Shown piece by piece: positions 1 to 14,705 of a DNA stretch of 64,000 nucleotides. Numbering within the stretch: the stretch's first letter is position 1; each line of letters opens with the position of its first letter. The translations under genes and the position numbers were made by a program. The notes below the pieces were generated by a model. It made no database searches, was not told the DNA's origin, and saw only the letters and a list, made by a program, of their open reading frames with translations. Location: assembly GCA_951406725.2 (NCBI GenBank), contig OX597818.1, forward strand, positions 75,516,001-75,580,000, in the 5' to 3' direction. The stretch comes from Octopus vulgaris. Its lineage: Eukaryota.

Positions 1-2803
1 AATTTGTTCCCGGGTTCAGTCCAACTGCGTAGGACCTTGGACTGGGGTCTTCCGCTATAATGTCGGGCCTTTCAAAGCCCAGTGATTGGTAGATTAAATC
101 TTCTTGTATTGTAATTTTTTGTATGAATTCTGGGGGTATTGACAGATTTTCACATTTATATCTAGTAAAAGGAGAATTCCTGCTGTATGATAGCATATGA
201 TGGCCAATAAGCATGGGGAAGCTTTGTAAAGCACGCTATAAGGTTATTACCTAGATGATGTTAAATATATACATATAGATGTATATGTATGTACGTGTGT
301 GTGTGTCTGTTTGTCCCTACCACACTGCTTGACAACCGGTGTTGGTTTGTTTACATCACCGTAGCTTAGCGATTCAGCAAAAGAGACCGATATAATAGGT
401 ACCAGACTTTTAAAAAAGATAACTACTGGTGTCAATTTGTTCGACTAAACACTTCAAGGTGGTGCCCCAGCATGGCCGCAATTCAATGACTGAAACAAAT
501 AGAAGAAAGACCTATTTGCAAGTGAGTATGACATAGTAACATGTACTATGCTTTCACTAATAGTTTTTGGTGCCTGTGTAGTCACCAACAAACATGAATA
601 GCCTCTCAGCTCTCCCACTTCTTTACCCTACCCACTTAGCTCTCCTCTACTATTTGACCAAGAAGCGCAGCTGAGGGGTGAGAAGGCTGCACATGACTTC
701 GTTGGGACTTATTTTCAGTTGAATACAACACAAGAGCAATATAGAGCGCTCTCACCCACCAGTTTGTGAAGCGAACCCACGACCTTTTGGTTGTAAGCTC
801 AATATTCTAACCATTAGGCCACGTGTCGCAGTTACAATGCGGCTAATATAACTTGAAGTTAAGGCGGCAAGCCAGCAGAATTGTCAGCACGCCGGGTAAA
901 ATGCTTAGCGACATTTCGTCTGTCTTTACGTTCTGAATTCAAATTTCGTCGAGGTAGACTTTGCCTTTCATCCTTTCGAGGTCGATAAAATTATTGCCAG
1001 TTAAGCTCTGGGGTCGATATAACCGACTGATCACCTTCCCAGAAACTTCTAACCTTGTACCAAAATTTGAAACCAATATAACTTGAAATTAACTCTCTGA
1101 TTTCGTTTGGTTAGACTCATACACTTGTCTATTACCATCATCAGGGAATTATATGATATAACTTACATCTACTTTTCAATACAACTGTCTATTAGACTCT
1201 CAATGTACTTGACTATTTGCACCATTTTCTATTTTAGCAAATGGGGGTGGTTAAAGAAACCTTTGAAACAGCATGATAAAAGAATAAACAAAAATGTTTA
1301 TCACTAAAATATCAGGCAATAAATAAATCTAATTGAAAGCTTCATTCGTATCTTGTGTATCGCCAACCATGTCTTTCTTTCATGCAGTATCGAAGCCATG
1401 TTAATGTTACACAAATAACACACGAAGACTGGACATCCCCAGACAGAAATAGAACTCAAAGACTTCTCCCACTTCCGATAATAAGGAATACTTACCAGAA
1501 TAGAATAAATCAACACAAAAGAGAAATTGCATTCATTAAATTTTCAATGAAAAGATCTATTTTCGAAACTAAGAATTTTTTTTTTTCCGTGGGCAAATTA
1601 AAGATTTCTTTTTGGTGTTCCATGTATTATTTGTTAAGAGATAACAAGGTACGTTTTCACTATTTGACCCCAATATATTAATGGACATGAATATGACGCA
1701 CAAAGGTAGATATTGAACGTTACAAACTCCTATTTACATTTTCTTATAGCCCCAGGTTTAATGACTAGGCAGTCGTTATTGATTAGAATAAGATATGCTC
1801 CAGGCAAATTAAGTCTATAAAATTGCTTTCATCCTTAGTTGAAGCCATTTCAATTTACTTATGCATGTATTGATATGCCTTCTCCCTTTAAAAGGCCTCT
1901 GATATGTTGAATTTGATATCATGTAGTTCTTGATGAAAGGAATGGTGCGGCCTGGTTCCGATTCTTGGATAACACTATTTCTTTTACTGCAGTTATGTCG
2001 TTATAAAATCGGAATACCTGTGCCACCGTCCGATTCTGTTTCTTCATAACTTCCAGGAAAAAATGGAAATTTTAGGCTTCAGACAGTGTAAATTCCAATT
2101 GTATCAGAATTTGCTATGGGAATTTTTCTGAGAGACAGTTGCGGAAAAATTATCCGAATTGGCTTTGTTTCCTCATAACGTTCAGGAAAATGGGTATATT
2201 TTAATGAAATTTTCTACAAACACCTTTCAGATGGAATGTAATGTGAAAAAGAAAAATGGTAGGTGCATGTTGCAATCATGAAGAAGAAAATTTGTTGTCA
2301 CATGTCCCATATGTGATATTTGTCAGTATGTATGTGTATTCGCCCACCAAATTTTGCATCACATTACGTTCCTTATTAGCAGAAAACATCAATAAAAAAT
2401 GCCCATTTTTAAAAAATTTATGAGGTAACCAAATTAGGAGATCGCTTTTGCGTAGGTGTGTCATAAAAAATAGGGTAACGCAACATTCTTTATGCTCGTT
2501 CCTTAATGTCTTCAGCAGCACCGATATTGTTCGTGTTTATAATTTAGTCTTAACAGAGATGGGCTCCGCACAGACTGAATCTCTCAAACTGTTTTCTTTC
2601 CAAATTTCAATCTCATCTTTTCATATAGAAGCAGGAGATAAGTGTTTGATATTATTTTATTTCTGTCGGCTGCTGCCAACATTATTGACAGGACACCGAC
2701 AGGCAAAATATTTCCAATAACAATTATTCAAATATAAACCGATGCCATAAAGGGCTGCAATTCATTATGCAAACACACGCAGTCACAAAGAAAAGCACTA
2801 ACG

Positions 2804-2907
<104 letters not shown>

Positions 2908-3501
2908 AATAGTTGAAATTTATTGAAAAACAAAAGACGAAGACAGGTGTATGAACAACAAGCAAGTGTATTAGTTTGATGCTCGGGAAAATGAAAAAGT
3001 CTTTTACATTTAAAGCCTACGCTCTTCAACAGAAAGGGATAAGAGAAAATAAACTGAGAGAGAATGAAAAAATGAGAAAGATAATTATATATATTACTTG
3101 TTTCAGTTATTTGACTGCGGCCAAGTTGAGTCACCGTCTTGAAGGGCTTTAGTCGAACAAATCGACCTCAGGACTTATTTTTTAAAGCCTAGTACTTACT
3201 CTATCGGTCTCCTTAGCCGAACCGCTAAGTTACGGGGACACAAACACACCAGCACCGGCTGTCAAGCATTGATGGGAGACAACCACGGACTCAAATGTAC
3301 ACACACGTAGATATATACGTATATACGACGGGCCTCTTTTAGTTTCCGTCTATCAAATCCACTCACAAGGTTTTGATCAGCCCGAGACTTTAGTATAAGT
3401 CACTTGCCCAAGACGCTACGCAGTGGAACTGAACCCGGAACCATGTGGTTGGGAAGCAAGCTTCTTACCACACAGCCATGCCTGCACCTATATATATATA
3501 T

Positions 3502-4750
3502 GGTGCGTAAGATATTTGAGAGCAGATTTATGTTTATGAAAAAGAAACAACTATATAATTACTGACAATAACTCGATCAAAAAATGCTATGAGGATAAAA
3601 ATAAACCTTCTTTTCTATAATGTTATTCAATAAAGCCATCTTCAGCTTCAACAACTGCTTCTATATGCTCGAATCAAGTGGTCCTGGTTAATTTTGGGCA
3701 TTACTCTGACTATGGCAGCTTTCAAAGAATCTTTGGTGCTATGAGCGTGTTCAGTGACCTCTCTCTCAACAACGCTCCAATGGATTGAGATCTGGGGAAT
3801 TAGGCGGCCGAATGTTAGAGATTATGTTATCATGAAAATTTTCAGCCATCCATTCCTGTGCTACTAGAGCCATGTATGATAGTGCAGTCTTACTGAAGCA
3901 CATATGACCTTCCATTGCCTATACTGACTATCCAGGGCTTAACAATTATTTCCCAGATCTCAATGTAAGCAGCAGAGTTAACTCTAAGGCCTTGTGGATA
4001 GAAGTAAGGGGGAATCACATATCTTTCGTTGCTGACAACCCCTAAAACCATGACAGTAGCAGGAAATTTTGTATGCATAACACTTGGAACTTCAGAAGGG
4101 TCGCACATAACCAACCATCTGTCATTTCTTCTGTTAACTTTTTGATCTTGGTCGAAGTTTTTCTCGTTTGAGAAAAACCAAATCAAATATTCTTCTGTTG
4201 GATTTTTCAGTTTGTTTTAAAGCCTTTTAGATCTGATGTAATGATTTTCATTTGCTTTTTCTGACAAACTGACCTTTTCTTGCCATATAAGACTTATATC
4301 TGATGTCTTCGTGACACATGGAGATCTTTGCAATTGACCTCATGGAATATCTATTGAAAGCTGTGTCTATAAGAGGTGATATTCGCAGTATGTTGGTATG
4401 GCTGTCTTTAACCTGCAGCTATTCAGTCTCCTTTAATCAATGGTCTGTTGAACTTGCTGGATAAATTCAGGTATTCTGATGAATTCAGAGCGTTTAGAAT
4501 GCTTATTATACTTTGAAACTGGTAATACGTTTCTATTTTCAGTCTTTAACGAAAGATCTGGCGACTTTTAAAAAATCGAGATATTTCTAAATGCTCAACC
4601 TTTATAACCACAATAACAGCATGCTTCTTCATTTCATGACTAAGCTGAGGGCCTGCCATTGTTATCTTCTGAAACAAAGATTATATAGAATTAGTAAAAA
4701 ATGCAGCAATGACCAAAAAAAGGTATGTCCTCAAGTACTTTACGCACCCT
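3502..4750 (-). mobile_element. Decayed Tc1/mariner-superfamily DNA transposon (about 1.25 kb; maT/DD37D-like)
   Basis: Terminal inverted repeats ggtgcgtaagatatttgag / ctcaagtactttacgcacc in TA context; transposase remnant IWFFSNEKNF...NRRNDRW...TKFPATVMVLGVVS (ORF 3890-4186); disrupted by frameshifts and stops. Confidence 0.85.
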
Positions 4751-4779
4751 AGATATATATATGTGTGTGTATGTATGTA

Positions 4780-4815
<36 letters not shown>

Positions 4816-4940
4816 ACATACAGAAACATAAACATACGTATAGATATGTATGTATAGTTATATATATAAATATATACACAAACACACAAAAACACAAAAC
4901 ACACACATGTACATATATGTGTGTGTATACATATATATAC

Positions 4941-5033
<93 letters not shown>

Positions 5034-6243
5034 CTATAGATGACAAAGCAATCTTATACAAAGAGAAATAACTTACAACGGGAAAAACGAAACTGAATCA
5101 CAAAATCTGAATATAGAGAATTTTTCTTTCACACCACGATACCATTAGACACATTTAAGGTAATTATAAATTCAATGGTGTTGTTAATCCGTCGACAAAA
5201 CATCACGTCTGCTTTCCAAATCACAAGTTAACGACTATTGCGCTGTCACACTGAACAATTGAATCAAATTACTATTTAGTGGCCAAATAAACAAACATTA
5301 TGAAAGTAAATGACAAATGATTGATATTTAATCAAAGACCCGCTTAGGCGTGAACGTTGCTGACCAAATTTAATTATTCTGAATTGGATAAATAGAAATA
5401 TTTAAAAGCTGTGGCAATAGTTAGATGTTTGACCAGCCATTTCATATTTCTCAGCCAATCATTTAATTGAAAATGATTTAAATGTCATTATCAACATCAG
5501 TAATTTGCGACTACCACACTCATATCACCATCATCACCACCACCACCATTACCACGACCACTACTACCAACATAATATTAATGTTCTCTAATCGTGCGTT
5601 CATTCGAACGATTTTCGCATTTCCTGTTTAAGTTGTTATAGCGTTTTCTTTGAAAATAACTCACGTTTATCTTAGGTTTAAGCTCCCTAAATGGTATAGA
5701 AGATTTGCATTAGTCTCCTGTGTTATATAGAAGATTTACATTAGTCTCCTATGACATAGTTGCTAAAACTTTGGGTAGAAGGCCATAGCATATGAGGTCG
5801 ATGAAATTAATTGATTAGGTTAGATTTGTGATAGGAAAATGGTGAACGTCACAGGAGGAAATATGAACGTTACTGAATAATAGGTAAACGTTACGGGGTA
5901 AAAGGTGAACGTTACGGGATAAAATGTTTATTTTCTCTTATTCCTTTCTGTTGAAGAGCGTAAGCTTGAAACGTAAAAGACTTTTTTTATTTTCCGGAGC
6001 ATCAAACTAATACACTTATCACCGTCTTCAGTTTTTTTATAAATTTCGACGATATATATATATATATAGTCAATAATAATAAGGGTAAAATTAATTCATT
6101 AGTAATTAATAATTTTACCAAGCAGTGTTCAGTATGTAAAAGGACCATTTATGGTATATTTAAACATTACTTTCGTCTGGGGTTACTCAAATCAGACGGG
6201 TACGTTCGATTTTTAGTGCTCCCAAATTTAAATTTAACGAAAT

Positions 6244-6326
6244 CTTGGGCTGATGACAGGAATGTTGGAATAGGTATGTATTTATAGCATCTCTATATCT
6301 AACTAATCCAGAAACGCGTTCGCAAG
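6244..6326 (+). ncRNA. Hammerhead-like motif in a Penelope-like repeat
   Basis: cttggg-CTGATGA-cagga...tcca-GAAACGCGT-T-cgcaag; palindromic ACGCGT; stem I cttg(g)g/cgcaag. Confidence 0.55.
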
Positions 6327-6509
6327 TAATCGATTTACGAGTGATCTTTCGTTATTTTCCCCTCTATGCCTACGTGAATTTGTTTTTGAGTATAAAATGT
6401 CTGGGAGACTCTTCTTATAGTAGGAGAAATAGCTAAATTCTTTGGCTGCTATTTCTAAAAGTTCGGTGTGTGGTAAAGTAAATTTTTTGCTGAACCCTAA
6501 TTATATAAA

Positions 6510-6544
<35 letters not shown>

Positions 6545-7372
6545 TATATATATATATATATATATATACAAGCTTTAGTGCTTTTCTTTGTGACCGCGAG
6601 TGTTTGCATGGTGAATTGCAGGTAAGAGGTGAATATTTTAGAGTAAAAATGTACGTTACAAGGTGAAAGGTAATCGTTACAGGGTAAGAGGCTGACGTTT
6701 CAGGGTAAAAGAGGAACATCACAGAGGAAAAGGTGAGTTCTTGATAGACTCCACCTGTCACAGTTTCGATATTTTATTTCATGTCTATAATGTCTATGAA
6801 AATAATAATATGATTTCTCTATGAATAGGTGATCTTTCATTCGTAGATAGATGGATTTTTTAAAGGGTATCCCCTATTAATGGGTGGTTTATATCCCATC
6901 CATGTAAAGTTGATTGTTTTTCAGTAGATAGCTGATATGGATAACTGATCCTCTATCGATAGGTAATTGATCCTCTATTGATATACAACTGACACCCCAC
7001 TGATATATGATCAATCTCTCAGTTTGTGCAGTGTAATTCGGTGCAATAAGCTTTCCAGTCGGTTTTGCTGCAGTCGAAACGAACAGTTTGGATTTAGAAG
7101 CAGCTTTTCCTCTCTACCCAGTTGAGGCACATTAGCAATGATTATAGCGAGATCAGAGTCGCCTTGACGTTTCTTCACAGGGATTGATTCGAGAGTCACG
7201 GCGAATTGGAAATCCAACCTTGTTGATACATTTTGTGGGAGAAGGTACTTGGGACCGATTCAAATTCATTGTTAGATCAATACGTACACGCATATATGTA
7301 CGTATGTATGTGTATATGCATGCATACATACATACATACATACATACATACATACATACATACATACATACA

Positions 7373-7404
<32 letters not shown>

Positions 7405-7483
7405 ACGGTAGTGCGCTTCGGCATGGCCGCAGCTCTCGAGCTAAAACTTCTTAAAGGGTTTGTATGTATATGTATATACACAT

Positions 7484-7551
<68 letters not shown>

Positions 7552-8164
7552 ACACATATATATATACATCGTATTATATTATATCATATTTCAATTTATT
7601 TTATATTGCATTATACTATATATTATAGATGCATGTCTTTACAAATATACTTATATATGCACATACATAAACCAACATCCACACATATGCATTCTATATA
7701 AATATACAGAGGTATAATTACAAGCACACACACACACAATTGAAGATCTGCTTAAAAACAACCCTTTAATATAGACAACTAATTTTGACCTATCTCTGAT
7801 CTGTGTTCTCATACAAACCTGAACAATGGCATCTATATCTACATACGTATCTGAATGGATCCTAACAATAACTTAAAATCAGTTACCAAATTCTTACATT
7901 AAATATAATCAACCTAGTAAAAGCCACCTGACTAGATTTACTAAAAATTTTAACGCAAACCACTAAATGCAGCCTGAACTCATATACTCTTTTACTCTTT
8001 TACTTGTTTCAGTCACTTGACTGTGGCCATGCTGGAGCGGTTGGGATGAGTAGAGGTGTGGTAACAAGGAGGGGTGACGATGAAGGGAGATGGTGGAAGG
8101 GAGAAGGTAGGTAGGAATGAAGAGAGGAAGTACATGCCAGAGTAAATATATTTATATTTACCCT

Positions 8165-8540
8165 TTTACTCTTTTACTTGTTTCAGTCATTTTGACAGTG
8201 GCCATGCTGGAGCACCGCTTTTAGTCGAGCAAATCGACCCCAGTACTTATCCTATCGGTTTCATTTGCCGAACCGCAAAGTTACCGGGACGTAAACACAC
8301 CAGCATCGGTTGTCAAGCGATGTTGGGGGGGGGGCAAACACAGACACACAAACACACACATACACATATACATATACACGACGGGCTTCTTTCAGTTTCC
8401 GTCTATCAAATCTACTCACAAGGCTTTATTCGGCTCGAGGCTATAGTAGAAGACACTTGCCCAAGGTGCCACGCAGTGGGACTGAACCCGGAACCATGTG
8501 GTTGATAAGCAAGCTACTTACCACACAGCCACTCCTATAC
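8165..8540 (-). mobile_element. tRNA-derived SINE, family A (CORE-like domain); representative copy
   Basis: Head ggagtggctgtgtggtaag (A box), ggttcagtccc (B box), ggcaccttgggcaagtgtctt, internal (TG)n, tail ggtgctccagcatggcc..tgactgaaacaagtaaaagag. Further copies near 1-510(+), 3095-3490(-), 11490-11830(-), 18335-18815(+), 27590-27740(+), 31825-31935(-), 38675-39205(+), 44445-44650(-), 56090-56340. Confidence 0.85.
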
Positions 8541-9141
8541 AAATTTAACCTTCAGCACCTATATTTACATGCTCGAATGAAACCTAACAATAATATATAA
8601 ACAATAAACAACTCCTAACATTAAACGTAATCAATTTAGCAGAAAGCATTCAAAGCGTTTCAACAAAGTTTTTAACTGTCAAACCAGATAAATGTCTTCA
8701 CCTTCCTTTCTATCTTTATTCAAGAAATGTTTGCTTTCTTCTCCTTTTCCTTTATCTTTATCCCCCACTTCTTATTTTACTACTTTCTTCTCTTCACAAA
8801 TTATGTTTTCCGCTCACCCAGTTAAATTACCCATAAAGATATTTCTTTATATACTGCAAAAATATACTATTTCACAGCACCTACATTGTAGTTACATTGC
8901 TCTCCCGACAAGATAAACCACCAAAAATTATAGATAGAATATGGAAAAGCAAAATAAATTACAGTCCGTTGAAGTTGCCACAGTTGAAACTTTGAAGTAA
9001 CTGTCGACCTTTCTTTGCAAAAACTTACCAGAGCTATTATTCTGCTGAAAAGTATTGAATATGGTCCTTCAATTTAATGACTGTTTTTACATATAAATTT
9101 AAATAAAGACAGATAGTGATGCGATAGATAGATTGATAGAC

Positions 9142-9194
<53 letters not shown>

Positions 9195-9301
9195 TAAACA
9201 TAAATACATATGTACATATATAAATGTATATGTATGTATACATGTGTGTGTATATATATATATAATACGTATGTGATGTGATACACACACACATATATGT
9301 A

Positions 9302-9351
<50 letters not shown>

Positions 9352-9943
9352 CATATGTGTGTATGTGATTGTATGCATGTATGTATATCACGAAGTTTAT
9401 TTTATTCCAAGAATAAACTGTATGTAAAAACAAATATCGTATGCGTATATATTTATCTTCATATCTCTCAACTATCTTTCTCTCTCCTCCCTCTCTCTCT
9501 CTCCCTCCCTTTCTCTCTCTCTCTCTCTCTCTATCTCTCTTTCTCTCTCTTTCTGCATATATATAGATATATGTGGTTGTGAGCATGTCTGCCTACACAC
9601 ATACACACACGAACATAAACGTCTGCCGTGTTCCAATGTACCTGGAACGAGACAGAAATATAATTTGGCAATCCTACCTTTATAATAAATAAACAAAATA
9701 TAGAAATTGGTTGTAGTTTCTAATTTGGAAAATAAGTAAAAATATATAAACTCCGATCAAAAGTAAATTTCTGCTATTAGCTACCAAAATAGTGCTGTTA
9801 GTCTGTTAGTTGATGTAAGACGTGCAACTAAGAAAAGCATGTTCGTAATGGGCCGAATATAGTCCAACCTCTATGTCTGTGCGTTGGCGTATGTATTTTT
9901 ATGCATTACTGCATTATGTATTACACGCTGATTGATGCCGACG

Positions 9944-9987
<44 letters not shown>

Positions 9988-9989
<2 letters not shown>

Positions 9990-11345
9990 TAGCCTTTGTC
10001 CGATCAATGAAGGCCATATATAATGGCATTTTCTGCTCTCTGGACTTCTCCTGAAGTTGGCGTTTGGAGAATATCATGTCAATAGTTGATCTGCTTCTTC
10101 TAGAGCCACACTGCGATTCTGGATAAATTCGAGAAGCAAGCAGTTGTAGCCTGGACAGGATAACGCGAACAAAGGCCTTTCCAACAGTGCTTAGAAGATA
10201 TATTCCACGGTAATTGTTACAATCACCACGGTCACCTTTGTTTTTGTAAGGCGTAATGATGTTAGCATCCCGCATATCCTGAGGGACTGTACCCTCTTCC
10301 CAGCACTGACACAGAAACTCATGAAGGTGCCGGAGCAGGATAGTGTTTTTGCCGGCTTTGATGATCTCTAAGGGGATGCCGTCTTTTCCTGGAGCTTTGT
10401 TACTTGCTAGGGAGTCAATAGCCTTGGTGAGCTCTACTATAGATGGCAGTCTGTCAAGTTAACACATGACTGGCAAGATCTTGACACCCTCGATTGCAGC
10501 CTCAGCTACCGTGGTCTCCCGTGAGTAGAGATCCTGGTAGGACTCCACCCATCTATCCATTTGCTTGCTTTGGTCCTTGATGAGATCTCCAGTAGTTGAT
10601 TTCAGAGGGGCTGACTTGGTTGCGGATGGACCGAGGGCCTTTTTCAAACCGGCATACATCCCACGGGTGTCGCCACTGTCAGCAGCTGACTGGATACTCT
10701 GACAGATTTCCTGCCAATACCTATTTGCACAGCGTCTGGCAGTCAGTTGGGTTTTATTTCTTGCATTTCTGAGTTCTTCAAGTGACTTTATAGAAGAATC
10801 ACTCTTGTATTGCATCAGAGCTGCACGCATTGCTTCGATAACTGTTTCCAGTTCTGAGAGCCCAACACTGAACCAATCTTTTGCCTTTCTCTCATGCCGA
10901 AAGTATTTATTGATGTGGTATACCAAGGTTCCCTTATATAATTCCGCCTACTTTCAGCAGAGGAGGTTGGGCAGCTACTGAAGGCAACCTTGATAGAAAC
11001 AGCAAAACATTTTCGCAGTGAAGAGTCCGAGGTTCTGACAATGTTAATGCGTGGTCAGCCCATTTTCTTGGAACGATGGACATTTTTAGGCAGAATCCTC
11101 ACCCTGTTTCTTATTAGTGAATGATCTGTGTCACACTCCACGCTGTGGTAACTACGGGTCAGTTGAACAGAATTCAGAAAGGATCTTCGTGTAATGATGA
11201 GATCCAGCAGATGCCAGTGGTGAGATCTTGGATATCTTCAAGATACCTTGTGGGTTGTCTTGTTGGCAAAGAATGTGTTGGTGATGCACAGGTTATGGTA
11301 TGTGCAAAATTCAAGTAGTCTCTGACCATTGTCATTCATGTTGCC
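9988..11345 (-). mobile_element. RTE-clade LINE internal fragment (endonuclease C-terminus to start of RT)
   Basis: NKGDRGDCNNYRGIYLLSTVGK...PESQCG...RSTIDMIF...LQEKSREQ...AFID.TKA; upstream HWHLLDLIIT motif of the AP endonuclease; multiple frame disruptions. Confidence 0.92.
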
Positions 11346-11827
11346 AATACCAAAACATACACTTACATATATACATACATATATATACGGTTAATTTGTT
11401 TCGGTTCCTGTCTACGAAATCCATATATATATACACACACAAAGATAAATTGATAGATACAACTGAGTGGACAAACAAAAATATGAGATACTGCGTAGTG
11501 CTTTTTTTATATTTTGATAAGCCTGGTACTTATTCTATCAGTTTCTTCTTGTGAAACCAGTAAGTTATGGGGATGTAAATAAACGAACACCAGTTGTGAA
11601 GCAGTGATGAGGAAGAAACACAAAGACACACACATAGACTTACATATATACATACATATACATACAATTGATTTCTTTCAGTTTCTGTCTACAAAATCCA
11701 CTGACAAGTCTTTGGTTGGTCTGAGGCTATAGCAGAAGACACATGCCAAGTTACCACATAGTGGGACTGAACTGAGGACCATGTGTTTTGGAATGAAGTT
11801 TGTAACCACACAGCCACGCCTGCACCT

Positions 11828-12580
<753 letters not shown>

Positions 12581-12992
12581 TACAATAGAGAGATGCTTTT
12601 CTTCCACTTTTAACACGTAATACTGAAATAGTGGAGAAGATGTGATATTGCTGTGGGATTGCACTAGGCAGGCAAGAAGTTAAACATTTTTTTGCCTATG
12701 ACACTACATTGACCCTAAGTAAGGCATGTGTAAAATTTCAATGAAATTGGTTGTGTAGTTTTCAAGTTTTAGGGATTCACACAGACAGAAAGACATTCTC
12801 AGTTTTATATATCTGTGTTATTATATGACTGAACACCTCGCGTCGTTTTCTTTTTTCTTATTCTCCAAGTAATTTTTTATTATAATAATTATGACGCGCA
12901 CTCTTAACTCTTTACTTGACCTTTCCTCCCTGCCTCTCTGTCTTCCTCTCTACCTGTCTCTCTCCTTCTTATTTTTCACCCTTTCTGGTTTC

Positions 12993-13033
<41 letters not shown>

Positions 13034-13616
13034 TCCTCTCTCTGGCCGCTGACCGGACTACTAAACTTTCTTTCTTCCCGCTGCTTTCAACAAGTCAACA
13101 TCGACTTTCTCCTGTCTTCCGCAAGCCGATCTTCAGAATGCGTTCCAACGAATTTTTCCACCGTCTAGGCTTAAAAAAAGCCCTTATTGTTGGTCTCCTT
13201 GTCCTGTTTTTATTCTTTATGTGTACTGTTTTTTTTCTTCGTTTGTATTGCTTTTACGTCCTGTTCTTGTCACTTTTTTTCACCCCTCTGCAAAAGAATT
13301 TTATTTAATTCATTTTGCAGGAAGGACTGCTTCGGTCGGATCGTGTTCTGCCCTTACCTTCGAAACCCGCATTGAGTCGAAACAGGGGCAGCTGATGAAG
13401 GGGAATATTCCTTGTATTGTTTGTCTTGTACTCTGTTTTTTCGTTGTTAAAAAAAGGCCGTTTCCTTATTTGATTTTATGTTTTCGTTTCTCGTTGTGTT
13501 CTATGTTTATTTGTGGTGTCCTGTACTCATATATACATATATGCATGTATATATACATATAGATGTGGGTATGTACATATATGTATGTATGCATATGTTT
13601 TATTTATTAAATTGTT

Positions 13617-13670
<54 letters not shown>

Positions 13671-13739
13671 TATAGATAGATATATATATATATATAAATA
13701 TATATATAAATATATATATAAATATATATATATAATTTA

Positions 13740-13786
<47 letters not shown>

Positions 13787-13974
13787 TTGGCGGCAGCAGC
13801 GCGCGGGCGGCCGCGTCGCGCAGCAACGTGAGAGCGCACGACTCGCTGCGTCGTTCTTGCTGAGAGCGAGGTGCGTTTGCCCGTCTCCGTCGGTTAGCCG
13901 TGCCTGTGCTTTTCGTAGAGCGACGGGCCCGGTCGAGAGAACCGCGCGGATCCCGACGCCGACCGGCCGCGAAG

Positions 13975-14705
13975 AAAGTATAGAAGCTCTTGTGTTAAAG
14001 CAAAGGCTTAGATGGAGTGGTCATCTGGTCAGGATGAAAGATTCAAGGATGCCAAAACAACTCTTTTATGGAGAGTTAGCTAAAGGAAAACGACCTCCAC
14101 ATAAACCAAAAAAGAGGTATAAGGACTTGCTGAAGGCTTCCTTAAGAGATGCTTGCATCTCTCCTGACACATGGGAAGGCATAGCTATTGATCGTAGCAG
14201 GTGGAGAAGGACTGTGCATGAGGAGACAGCCACTTTTGAGAAATCTCGAGTTGCACATGAGAAAGTAAGGAGGGATGTCAGGAAGGGCATTGCTGTTACA
14301 CTTCCAGAAGGGAAGGGTCTCCTTTTGATGCTGACATGCAATGTCTGTGCAAGACCTTGCCTCAGTAAAGCTGGACTCAAGAGTCATCTTCGTAGTCATA
14401 AAACGAGACAGATGAGCGACAACCTAGCCACTGGTGGTGGTGTAACACACCATACTAATCATATCTGTCAGGCATGTGGAAGAGAGTGTAATTCAGCAGG
14501 AGGACTTAAACGACATGCAAAGGTACATGAAACCCAGTTGCAACTACAGCAGCGGCTATTACCAGTAAAGGTTTTAGTTGCCAATTTTGTACAAGACATT
14601 GTAGATCTTTGGCTGGGCTAAAAAGTCACATTCGATCACAACACCAGTAACAGTTAAGCTTCGTGCAATGGCCATACTCGATAACGAGGGGGCAGCCATA
14701 ATAAT
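13975..14705 (+). mobile_element. RTE-clade LINE 3' fragment with C-terminal C2H2 zinc fingers
   Basis: SIEALVLKQRLRWSGHLVRMKDSRMPKQLFYGEL..GKRP...PKKRYKD is the typical RTE post-RT region; fingers CNVC..H..H and CQAC..H..H, plus a frameshifted CQFC..H..H ending at TAA 14648-14650; short UTR and (ATA)n tail. Confidence 0.9.

Noticed and set aside
13365-13415. Hammerhead motif at gtcgaaacaggggcagctgatgaagggg
   Set aside because: GAAAC and CTGATGA are present but I could not build consistent stems around them
13779-14621. Host C2H2 zinc-finger gene
   Set aside because: The fingers follow RTE post-RT motifs and precede a retrotransposon UTR and tail; a frameshift is present
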